This document shows, one piece after another, positions 55,512 to 64,000 of a stretch of 64,000 nt of DNA. The position numbers were made by a program, and so were the translations under genes. The DNA comes from Deltaproteobacteria bacterium (GTDB lineage: Bacteria > Myxococcota > Kuafuiibacteriia > Kuafuiibacteriales > Kuafuiibacteriaceae), in NCBI GenBank assembly GCA_040218735.1, contig JAVJQW010000038.1, positions 192,001 through 256,000 on the forward strand, given 5' to 3'. The notes under the pieces are model-generated. The model was given only the letters and a program-made list of their open reading frames with translations. It was not told the DNA's origin and ran no database searches. Each line of letters begins with the position of its first letter. The stretch's first letter is position 1.

Positions 55512-57764
55512 TCACAGCCCCCACTCGACCGCGACCGTGCGCTGACGTTCGATCTCCTCCGCGTCACCCACCGCCTCCGCGAGCTCCGGCCACACCGTCG
55601 GCTCTGGCAGGCCCGCGTCCGCCAACCAGCGCGCGGCGGCCTCGGGGCCCATCGACGCCCCGAACCCGACCACGACGTACCACGCCGGCGTCGGCTCCTC
55701 GTCGTCCTCGCGCCCGATCGCGTACTCGTCCCCGCTCTTGATCCACATCGCGCCGCCCTCGGCGTCGAGGGCCTCCGCGAACGCCTCGATCGCGTCGTCG
55801 TCCGGGCGCGCGCCGTCGAGGTGGTAACTCGTGAACCCGCCGGCCTTCTTCGTCGCGACGACGGCGAAGTCCACGGGGCCTTCCTCGCCCTCCGCCGGCT
55901 GCGCGACGGGCTGCGGATCGAACACGACCTCGTCGCCCTTGTGTTGCGGCTCGCCGGGGCTCGCGAGCTCGAGCACCCGCGCCGTCACCGGACCGGTCCG
56001 GAGCGCGAACGTCGCGGTGGTGCGGCCGTCCGGCTCCTCGAACACCACGCGGCACGTCCCCCACCGCGCGCCGATCGGCGTGTCACCCGCTTCGACCGGG
56101 TGCTCCAACGCGATCGCCGCGGTGCGCACGAGATCCCACCGACCCACCATCGTCGCCGCGAGCGCGCGATCCCACTGCGTGTCGGCGTCGGTCTCGCCCT
56201 TCGCGACCATCCGCTCGATGTGCTCGAGCGCCGCGTCCCAGTCTCCTGCGCGCCGCTCGACCCACGCGGCGGCGTCGTCGATGCGCACGTCGTCGCTCAG
56301 TGACAGCGCCTCTTCGAGGTATCGGCGCGCGCCGCCGAAGTCGTCCGTCCGCGCGGCGAACTGCGCGCGCAGCCCGAGCACGAGCGCGCGTAGCTCGTCT
56401 CCTTCGACTCGCGCGAGGAGCGCGTCGAACGCCTCGAAGTCCTCCTCGCGTCCGTACATGTCCGCGAGCGCCACGACCACCGACTCCTCGTTCGGCGACG
56501 CCGCCATCGCGTCTTCGTACGCCGCGATCGCGCGCTGCGGTTGGCCGAGGGTGAACAGCGCGTCGCCGAGCGCCTTCGCGCGCTCCGCGTCGAGCGGCTC
56601 CATCGCCGCGACCGCGTGCAGCACCTCGATGTCCTGCTCCGGATCCTCGCCGAGCTCCTGCAGGCGCTGCGCGAGGGTCTCGGGGTCCACCGACGGCGCA
56701 CCCTTCCTGCGCTCGGTGAGGAGCTCTTCGATGATGCGGATCCGATCCGGCGCGTCGAGCGGGCGGTGCAGCTCGGGGGCGATCCGGCGGAGGTCTTCGA
56801 GGGTGTCGGCGACCGTCCCGTACGCGCGCCGCGCGAGCGCGAGGTGCGCGCGACGCTGCGCGACGATGAACGCGGCGCGCATGGCGCCGCTGTCTTCGAG
56901 GTCCTCGTGGAGGTGACGGAAGAACATGCCGAGCCGCCACGTGTTCTCGACCGTGCCGGCGATCGCCAGCTCCGTGATCGTGTCCGTGTACCGATCGTAG
57001 TCGTCGCGGATGCCGTGGATCTCGGACGACTTCGGCAGCGCCTCCTTCGCCTCGTCGTACCGACCGAGCTTCGCGAGGATCCGCGCGTGGTCGATCCCCT
57101 TCGACAGCTCGAACGCGCGCCCCGCCTCGGGCACCGATGCACGCGCGTTCGTCTGCAGCGCCTCGTCCGGACGCCCGAGCTGAAGGAGCGACGACACGAT
57201 CGCGCCGCGCATCTGCGAGCCCTCCGTCGCGCCCACCTCCGCCTCCGCCTTGCGCGCGAGCTCCAGCGCTTCGTCCGGGCGCCCGTCGTCGAGGATCGCC
57301 GACGCGAGCTCCGACGAGATGCACATGTAACAGGGCCACTTCGGGTCGATGCGCGCGAGCGTCTCCTCGGCGACCTCGATGCGCTCCGCCGCGTACCCCG
57401 GACCGTCCGCCTTGCCGTAGCAGTTCGCGAGGTCCTGCACGACGCAGACGCTCTGCGGGCACTGCTTCGTCTCTTCGCGGTTCGCGAAGTCGAGGAGGTC
57501 GACGGCTTCGGGCAGCGAGCGCTTCACCTCGCACCGCTTCAACACGCGGCTCTGCAGGAGCCAGTGCCGGAAGTAGACCTCCAGCCATGGGCTCTTCTTC
57601 GCGCGCGCTGCGGCGAGCGCCTCGCCGATCAACGCTTCGACTTCGTCGTGCCGGTGCTCGACCGTGTAGTGCGGCACCACCTCGATCAGCTCGCAGAGCC
57701 TCAGCTCACCGGCTTCGTACAGCTCTTGTTGGAGGTCCTGCACCCACGCCCAGATGTCCATCAC
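55512..57764 (-). CDS. tetratricopeptide repeat protein associated with HSP90-like gene
   Basis: Repeated LGRPDEAL / LGRYDEA TPR units; Cys-containing N-terminus; GTGA overlap with upstream gene. Confidence 0.85.
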   Translation of the reverse strand: MMDIWAWVQDLQQELYEAGELRLCELIEVVPHYTVEHRHDEVEALIGEALAAARAKKSPWLEVYFRHWLLQSRVLKRCEVKRSLPEAVDLLDFANREETKQCPQSVCVVQDLANCYGKADGPGYAAERIEVAEETLARIDPKWPCYMCISSELASAILDDGRPDEALELARKAEAEVGATEGSQMRGAIVSSLLQLGRPDEALQTNARASVPEAGRAFELSKGIDHARILAKLGRYDEAKEALPKSSEIHGIRDDYDRYTDTITELAIAGTVENTWRLGMFFRHLHEDLEDSGAMRAAFIVAQRRAHLALARRAYGTVADTLEDLRRIAPELHRPLDAPDRIRIIEELLTERRKGAPSVDPETLAQRLQELGEDPEQDIEVLHAVAAMEPLDAERAKALGDALFTLGQPQRAIAAYEDAMAASPNEESVVVALADMYGREEDFEAFDALLARVEGDELRALVLGLRAQFAARTDDFGGARRYLEEALSLSDDVRIDDAAAWVERRAGDWDAALEHIERMVAKGETDADTQWDRALAATMVGRWDLVRTAAIALEHPVEAGDTPIGARWGTCRVVFEEPDGRTTATFALRTGPVTARVLELASPGEPQHKGDEVVFDPQPVAQPAEGEEGPVDFAVVATKKAGGFTSYHLDGARPDDDAIEAFAEALDAEGGAMWIKSGDEYAIGREDDEEPTPAWYVVVGFGASMGPEAAARWLADAGLPEPTVWPELAEAVGDAEEIERQRTVAVEWGL

Positions 57765-59560
57765 GTCCCCTTCAGCAGCGCTTCGACGGAAGCGTTGATC
57801 GTCTCCAACACGGAGCGCACGTCCTTCACCACGCTGTCCGCGCCCTGGCTCGCCATCACCTTCGCAAACGCCACCAGCAGCTGCGCTCCCGACGCGCGCC
57901 GCGACGGCTCGGCGTCGAGCAGCTGCCGCACGACGGGCGCATCGACGTTCACGTACAGCCGCGCTTCGGGCCGCTCCTCGAGCTTCGCGGTGAACATCCG
58001 CGCCAGCCCCAACGCCGCGCTCCCGATGCGGCGGTCGGCGTCGTCCGACTCGATGCGCGCCTTCATCTGCGCTTCGCGATCCGGCACCACGACCAGCGGC
58101 AAATACGTCGGCTCGAAGTGCGCGAGCTGCAAGCTCATCCCCTCGACCCCCGCGTCCTCGAGCAGCGCGCGCAGCGCGTCGCCGTCTTCGAGCTCGGCGT
58201 CGCGGAACAACGCGCGGTTGCCGTGCTCGGTGCCGAGCTCCACCACGCGGTATCCGCGCTGACCCGCGACGCGCTTCGCGAACGGGAACGCCGCGAAGCG
58301 TGTCCCGGTCACGACCGGCACCAGCAGCGCCGAGAAGAGCGTCTCCTCCGGCGCGCCGCGCTCGCCGAGCGACACGTAGATCGTGCCTTCGCTGCGCTTC
58401 GCCACCGTCGCCATCGTGAGGTCACCGGCCGAAGTGGGCACGGTGAGATCGTCCACGACGATCTCGAACAGCTGCGGGTCCGACAGCGCCGCCCCGAGCA
58501 GCGCCTCGTTGTGGCGTCGCAGGATCCGCCGCCAGTTCGCCGGGTCGTGCCGCGCCGTGTGACGAAGGCCCGCGATGAGTGTGTCGCGCACCAGCGCCTG
58601 GACCTCTTCGAAGACGTCGTCCTCGCACAGCTCTTCGCGGCTCGCCGTCGGCGCGAGCCGCTCGCTCTCGATGACGCCGCCGACGAACCCCGCCCACGGC
58701 GGGACGAGCTTGCGGGCGTCGTCGCTCACGAGCATCCCGCGGACGAAGACGGACATGTTGCGGTTGTCGCTCGTCGCGTAGGTCGACCCGTCCTGGATCC
58801 ACAGCGTCCCGCGGTGACCGTCGCCTTCGAGATCGTACGCGCAGATCGGATCGAACGTCCGCTCGAAGTGGCGCGCGAGCGCGAGGTCCGCCTTGGTCTT
58901 CTTCACCCCCGTCGGCGCCGGGTCCTGCCGCCACCACGGCGCGAGGACGTTCGCGCGCTGCTGCCGCGCGCCGTCGAGGAACACCGGCGTGGGGAGCAGG
59001 GCGCAGTAGTGCTCGACGAGGTGTGCGATCGCGTCAGGCTCGGCGAGGTGCTCGAACGCCGGCGCGAGGTGCAACACCACGGTCGTCCCGACCGCGCGCG
59101 TCGTGGGGTGCGGCTGGATCGTGAACCGTTGCCCGTTGTCGCTCGCGAAGTGCCAGGTTCGATCGGGCGTCTGGTACGACGTCGTGAAGACCTCGACACG
59201 CCGGCTCACGACGAACGCCGTCAAGAACCCCAGCCCGAACATGCCGATCAGATCGTTCGCCTCGCCCTTTTCGCGGAGCGTGCGCGTGTAGCCGCGGCCG
59301 ATCGTCGCGAGGTCACGTTCGAGCTCCTCGTCCGTGAGGCCGGCGCCGGCGTCGCAGATCTCGATGCGCCCGGGCGTCGCCGTGACGGTGATCCACGCCT
59401 CGAAGGGCGCCTTGGACTCGATCCGCCGCCGCACGCAGGAGTCGTGTGCGTTCTGGACGAGCTCGCGCATCGCGACGGCGGGCGTCGAGTACAGGTTCTT
59501 GCCCAGGACCTGGAGCAGGCCGGGGAGATCGACGCGGGTGGCTTCCAGCCGAGCCGTCAT
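57761..59560 (-). CDS. HSP90/HtpG-like GHKL ATPase (divergent paralog)
   Basis: LYS....MRELVQNAHDS, DAGAG, LATIGRG, IGMFGLGF, GTTV. Confidence 0.9.
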   Translation of the reverse strand: MTARLEATRVDLPGLLQVLGKNLYSTPAVAMRELVQNAHDSCVRRRIESKAPFEAWITVTATPGRIEICDAGAGLTDEELERDLATIGRGYTRTLREKGEANDLIGMFGLGFLTAFVVSRRVEVFTTSYQTPDRTWHFASDNGQRFTIQPHPTTRAVGTTVVLHLAPAFEHLAEPDAIAHLVEHYCALLPTPVFLDGARQQRANVLAPWWRQDPAPTGVKKTKADLALARHFERTFDPICAYDLEGDGHRGTLWIQDGSTYATSDNRNMSVFVRGMLVSDDARKLVPPWAGFVGGVIESERLAPTASREELCEDDVFEEVQALVRDTLIAGLRHTARHDPANWRRILRRHNEALLGAALSDPQLFEIVVDDLTVPTSAGDLTMATVAKRSEGTIYVSLGERGAPEETLFSALLVPVVTGTRFAAFPFAKRVAGQRGYRVVELGTEHGNRALFRDAELEDGDALRALLEDAGVEGMSLQLAHFEPTYLPLVVVPDREAQMKARIESDDADRRIGSAALGLARMFTAKLEERPEARLYVNVDAPVVRQLLDAEPSRRASGAQLLVAFAKVMASQGADSVVKDVRSVLETINASVEALLKGT

Positions 59561-59631
59561 GGCGCGACAGCCTAACCGCTTACGGGCCCGGCGAAAGCGA
59601 ACTTGTGCGCTGGCTGTGGTGAATTGTGTCC

Positions 59632-60807
59632 ATGGCCTCGCCGATCGACACCCTCCGCTCCTCACCGCGCGCCCCGTTCGTCGAACCGCCCACGCCCCGG
59701 GCCCGCAGGTCGGCGCCGATCGTGCCGGCGTTCGACGCCGCCGCGTCGGCCTACGGGCAGCAGACCGGGCGCGCGAGCACCACGAGCGGACCGGCGCAGC
59801 TCGCGCAGCTCGTCGCGAAGGACTTCGAGGTGAGCCCCGAGCAGCAGCGCTTCGAGCGCATGATGCGCACCGACACGAAGCTGTTCGTGAACCCCACGAA
59901 GTCGCGGACCAACTGCAGCGAGTGTGCGATCGCGCTCGACCGTCGCTTCGGCGGCGACATGTCGGCGGTCGCGCGCGACGAAGCGATCAGCGCGCACGGC
60001 GGAGACCCGATCGTCGGGATGCTCGCGGAGCTGGAGCGCCCCGAGGTCCACGCGAAGTTGATCGGCGACGACGAACCTGACCCGCAGCTCGCCGCGCTCC
60101 GCGCCGGCGACATCACGTTCGCCGACCTGCGCGCCGGCGGGCGCGCGAAGATCGAAGCGGCGATCGAGACCCTCCGCAGCACCGACTTCACCGAGGACAG
60201 CACCACGGCGGAGCGCGCGGTCGCCGAAGTCGCGGCGCTCCCGCACGTCGTCTTGATGGGGCGGCACAACGCCGAGGACTACTCGATCCAGGAGGTCGCC
60301 CGCCGCCTCGGGCGACCGAGCGAGGACATCGAGCAGTTCGCGTCCAAGGAGTCCGGGCTGTGGGCGCAGATCCCGTTGTTCGACGTCGAAGGATTCAACG
60401 CCAAACAGCTCGTCCCCGTCGCGCGCCGCAGCGGCGTCGCCGACGCGCTCGGCAAACGCATCCGCGCGATGAAGACCAACGAGCGCGCCGTGCTGTCGTT
60501 CCTCGCGGTGTCCCCCGACGGCCACGTGCACGCGCACCTGTTGAACGTCGTGAAGCCCAACACCACGCGCCCGCTGCCGGGCGGCGGCACGCACACCATG
60601 GGGCCCGACGAGTTCATCGTCGACGGGCAGCTCGGCCACGTCTACGAGCTCGACGCGTTCCTGAGGTTCACGTACCCGAACCTGCTCTACGCCGAGCTCC
60701 TCCCCACCGGCACCGAGCTGCACGACGGGAAGAACCTCGCGCTGTTCCGCACGCTCCGCGGCGGGGCGATCAAAACGCAGGAGGCGCTGCGCTGGGCAGC
60801 GTGGTGA
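59632..60807 (+). CDS. putative papain-fold toxin (Tox-PL / glutamine deamidase-like)
   Basis: TNCSECAIALD, HLLNVV and IVDGQLG motifs in the expected order. Confidence 0.65.
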   Translation: MASPIDTLRSSPRAPFVEPPTPRARRSAPIVPAFDAAASAYGQQTGRASTTSGPAQLAQLVAKDFEVSPEQQRFERMMRTDTKLFVNPTKSRTNCSECAIALDRRFGGDMSAVARDEAISAHGGDPIVGMLAELERPEVHAKLIGDDEPDPQLAALRAGDITFADLRAGGRAKIEAAIETLRSTDFTEDSTTAERAVAEVAALPHVVLMGRHNAEDYSIQEVARRLGRPSEDIEQFASKESGLWAQIPLFDVEGFNAKQLVPVARRSGVADALGKRIRAMKTNERAVLSFLAVSPDGHVHAHLLNVVKPNTTRPLPGGGTHTMGPDEFIVDGQLGHVYELDAFLRFTYPNLLYAELLPTGTELHDGKNLALFRTLRGGAIKTQEALRWAAW

Positions 60808-60809
60808 GA

Positions 60810-62876
60810 TCAGCGCTGCTTCACGATGAGTGTGTACGGGCCGGGTAGGCCGGACGACACCACGATCGTGTAGTCCCCCGCGCCGTCGAGCGCGACGCCC
60901 CACGCGGCGCCGAGCTGCGTGGAGATCGCGGCGCCGTCGGGATCGCGGACCTGGATCTGCCGCTGGTACGCGCCCTCGCCGAGCGCGACGTCGATCGTGA
61001 CCGCGCCGGTCGCCGTGTACGTGTACAGGTCGAGGTCGGACGCGTCCGAGAGCTCTCCGACGGCGGCGTCGATCGGGTTGGCCAACGCCGTCTCTTCGCC
61101 GGGGGCGTCGTTCGGCTCGACCTCCATCACGCCGGTCACCGGCGTGATCTCGGCCGACAGATCGTACGTGTAGAGCGCGCCGCCGAAGCCGTTGTTCGCG
61201 TTGTGCACGGACGCGATGTAGCGGTCGGTCGTCGGCAAGTACGCGAGCGCGCGCGGCGCGCCCTGGCCGAACTGTCCGACGCCGTTGGGCCCGTACACCC
61301 GAATCGAAGGGTCGAAGTCCGCGACGCCGTCGTTGCCGACCACCGACAGATCCGCGACCGCCCGAACGCCCGGGTTGAGGTAGTGGCGACGGATCGAGCC
61401 CGCCGGGTTCAGCTCGCCCGAGAGCGTCCCGGTCGACGTGAACGTCCCGCCGACCGGCGGCCGGAAGACGACCGTCGTGAGGATGCCGTACCCGAACAGC
61501 GGCCCGCCCTCGTTCGCCGGCGGGTCGGCGAGGTTCGGCTGGTGCACGACGAGCATGTGGTACGTCCCGGCGTACGGGAACACGGCTTCGATCTTGGGTG
61601 CGAGGCCGGACGAGTCGAGGCTCGTGTACAGCGCCTCGAACTCACCGTCCTCGCGGATCTGTCCGAGCAACATCGCCGGGTCCGTCGAGTTCGCGGGCAG
61701 GATGATGCCGTCGAACGCGAGCGTCTGGCCGGCCTGCGCCTCGAAGAAGTACCAGTCCTGGTCGGGCTGCCCGAGCGGCGCGCTGATCTCGCCGTCGGTG
61801 CGTCCCGGCACCGTCATCGCGCTCGCGATGTCGATGCGATCGTTCGGCTCGAGGTCGCCGATCAGCTCCGGCTGATCCACGGTCAGCCGAACTTCGCGGT
61901 CCTCGCCGTACACCGCGATGTAGTCGAGCACGACGCGGATCGTCTTCGGATCGTCGGGCTCGAAGACCACGCGCGAGTCGAAGTAGCCGTCCGCGAGGTT
62001 GTCGGAGACGTAGATCGTCTCGCCGTCGTCGACCTCCACGTACAGCACGGTGTCGACGCCTTCGTTCGACAGCCCGCGGCCGAAGTCGGTCTGCGTGGAG
62101 ATGCGCGAGAACTGCGCTTCGAGCGTAGCGTCGAAGACGAACACCTCGTTGTCGATCGTGTACGGCTCGTTGGCCACGGGCAGCGTGAGCATCGTGCCCT
62201 CCACGGGGAGCGCGCGGATCGACAGCGCGTAGCCGTACGCGTCGCTGCCGCGCGGCTCGTCGCCGAGGATGCCGCGCCGGTCCGCGACGCCGATCGTGTA
62301 CGTGCCGGCCTCCGCGACGTAGACCTGCCGCTCGGCGACGAACAGCCCGTCCGTGTACCGCGCCACGTCTTCGAAGCCGCCGCCCATGATCTCGACGTAC
62401 GGCTCGAGCAGCGACTCGGAGCTCGTCCGTGCGACACGCAGCTCCAGGAGCGTCTGCGCGGGCACCATCACGTCGTACGTATCCATCTGCTGCTCGGCGC
62501 CTTCCTCGATCACGCCGCGCACCTCACGGATGTGTCGAAGCGGCTCGAGCGAAAGCGTCGTCCCGGTGACGTTGCGCTCCTCGTCGAACACACACTGGTC
62601 CTGCTCGGCGCGCCCCGCTTGGCCGTCGTTCGGCGTGGCGGGGCAGGTGTCGCAGGCGTCGCCGACGCCGTCGCTGTCACGATCGCGCTGCTCGGGGTTG
62701 GCGAGCGCGGGGCAGTTGTCCTCGTCGTCGAGCCAGTCGTCGCCGTCCATGTCGGGGCCGCGCGGGCCCGCGTCGCGTTCGACGCCGCCGTCGCGGGCGG
62801 TCATGGTGTCGTCCGAATCGTCGCCGCCGCTGCACGCGGCGAGGACGAGGCAGCCTGCGATCAGAGCACGGCGCAT
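60810..62876 (-). CDS. surface lipoprotein with thrombospondin type 3 repeats and multiple PPC-like domains
   Basis: Lipobox LAAC; DGD...D.EDNCP...NP.Q.D.D.DGVGDACD; EPND motifs; D.DWY.F. Confidence 0.85.
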   Translation of the reverse strand: MRRALIAGCLVLAACSGGDDSDDTMTARDGGVERDAGPRGPDMDGDDWLDDEDNCPALANPEQRDRDSDGVGDACDTCPATPNDGQAGRAEQDQCVFDEERNVTGTTLSLEPLRHIREVRGVIEEGAEQQMDTYDVMVPAQTLLELRVARTSSESLLEPYVEIMGGGFEDVARYTDGLFVAERQVYVAEAGTYTIGVADRRGILGDEPRGSDAYGYALSIRALPVEGTMLTLPVANEPYTIDNEVFVFDATLEAQFSRISTQTDFGRGLSNEGVDTVLYVEVDDGETIYVSDNLADGYFDSRVVFEPDDPKTIRVVLDYIAVYGEDREVRLTVDQPELIGDLEPNDRIDIASAMTVPGRTDGEISAPLGQPDQDWYFFEAQAGQTLAFDGIILPANSTDPAMLLGQIREDGEFEALYTSLDSSGLAPKIEAVFPYAGTYHMLVVHQPNLADPPANEGGPLFGYGILTTVVFRPPVGGTFTSTGTLSGELNPAGSIRRHYLNPGVRAVADLSVVGNDGVADFDPSIRVYGPNGVGQFGQGAPRALAYLPTTDRYIASVHNANNGFGGALYTYDLSAEITPVTGVMEVEPNDAPGEETALANPIDAAVGELSDASDLDLYTYTATGAVTIDVALGEGAYQRQIQVRDPDGAAISTQLGAAWGVALDGAGDYTIVVSSGLPGPYTLIVKQR

Positions 62877-62887
62877 CACGTCCCTAC

Positions 62888-63814
62888 CTACCGCGCGGAA
62901 CGTTCCGTTGGCAAAGCTGCGTAACTTTCCACCCATCCGTCGACGCCCCGATCCTTCAGCGCGCGGACGACGCGGCGCGCCGCGGTCGGCGTCGCACACA
63001 CCGCGACGAGCGCACCTCCGGTTCCGCCTGCGCCGCTCATCTTGGCGCCGAGCGCGCCCGCGGCTTCGGCGGTCTGCACCGCCGCGCGCACCTCCAGGCC
63101 CACCAGCCCGAACCCGTCGAGGATCCCCTGGGCGATCTTCATCGCGCGCCCGACCAGCTCCAGGTCGCCGGTGCGCAACCCTTTCACACCGGCGTCGGCG
63201 GCCGCGCCGAGGGTGTCCATCGCCGATCCGATCAACTGCGGCGCGGCGCGGCGCGTCTCCCCGATCCGCGCGACGACGGGGGCCGTGCCGCCGTGGACCC
63301 CCGCGGTGGCGACGACCACGTACACCGGCGCACCGATCCGCAGCGGCTTCACGCGGATCCGATCCGTACGCTGGAACCGGATCGGTGCTCCCCAGATCGA
63401 CGCCGCGGGATCGATCCCGGAGGGGCGCCCGTGCGCGACGGACTCCACGTCGATGGCGCGCGCGAGGAGCTTCGGCTTGCTCTTCGGCGTCCCGAGGGCC
63501 CGCAGGGTCGCGACGGCGAGCGCCGCGGAGGAGCCGAAGCCGGCCATCGGCGGGACGCCGAGGTCCACGCGCACGTCGAGCGCGTCGAACGAGGCCCCGA
63601 GCGCGCGCCGCAGCAGCTCCACGGGCGCGGCGGCGCGGTGGGCGTCGGGGATGGTCGCGCGACGGGGGACGCGTACGTCGACCTGGCCGCTCCCGTCCCG
63701 CAGCGTGACCTTCACGTGTTTCGATAGGGGGAGGGCGACCGCGGCCGCGCCGTAGACGACGGCGTGCTCCCCGAACAGGATGACCTTGCCCGGGGCTTCA
63801 CCCGTTCGCTTCAC
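62888..63814 (-). CDS. mvk: mevalonate kinase
   Basis: APGKVILFGEHAVVYG, P..AGFGSSAA, HGRPSGID, GAKMSGAG.GG. Confidence 0.95.
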   Translation of the reverse strand: MKRTGEAPGKVILFGEHAVVYGAAAVALPLSKHVKVTLRDGSGQVDVRVPRRATIPDAHRAAAPVELLRRALGASFDALDVRVDLGVPPMAGFGSSAALAVATLRALGTPKSKPKLLARAIDVESVAHGRPSGIDPAASIWGAPIRFQRTDRIRVKPLRIGAPVYVVVATAGVHGGTAPVVARIGETRRAAPQLIGSAMDTLGAAADAGVKGLRTGDLELVGRAMKIAQGILDGFGLVGLEVRAAVQTAEAAGALGAKMSGAGGTGGALVAVCATPTAARRVVRALKDRGVDGWVESYAALPTERSAR

Positions 63815-63816
63815 TT

Positions 63817-64000
63817 TTAGCTTTCGCCTCGGCACTTGGTGAGCTCGTGCGCGACGCGCTCGGCGGAGACCGGTCCGCCCTCCAGCGTGCGCTCCACGAC
63901 GCGATCCACCTCGTCCGGTGAAGCGCCCGCGGCGAGCGCGAGCTGGCGGGCGTGCAGCGCCATGTGGCCGCGCTGGATCCCCTCGGCGGCGAGCGCCCGG
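63817..64000 (-). CDS. mvaA: class II HMG-CoA reductase, C-terminal fragment (runs off window)
   Basis: Own translation: RALAAEGIQRGHMALHARQLALAAGA...; not in the ORF track; lies directly upstream of mvk. Confidence 0.92.
   Translation of the reverse strand, partial: RALAAEGIQRGHMALHARQLALAAGASPDEVDRVVERTLEGGPVSAERVAHELTKCRGES

Overview
Very GC-rich, densely coding bacterial chromosome segment. Gene content (Ser/Thr kinases with PEGA domain, AgmX/PglI-like C-terminal domain, many lipoproteins, TSP3/PPC surface protein, mevalonate genes) suggests a myxobacterium or related Myxococcota; that assignment is inference. About 58 CDSs, including housekeeping genes (DEAD-box helicase, ilvE, a ychF paralog, mltF, acyl-CoA ligase, Ktr/Trk K+ uptake, mvk, mvaA), several apparent pseudo-enzymes and a few toxin/effector-like proteins. 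I recognised no rRNA, tRNA, CRISPR array, transposase, integrase or reverse transcriptase. The most unusual locus is 47663-49299: two divergent paralogous four-helix-bundle genes (23S rRNA IVP / Avd-like family). Each has an inverted upstream copy of its own first 24 nt, preceded by a canonical sigma54 promoter pointing away from the gene, while the gene itself is preceded by a matching non-canonical version of that promoter. Each gene is followed by a GC hairpin with a GCGA tetraloop and a long (CGGNNN)n array. A third array of the same type sits in-frame inside a CDS at about 54.9 kb, bracketed by inverted repeats. All family assignments come from motif recognition by eye; no database search was run.
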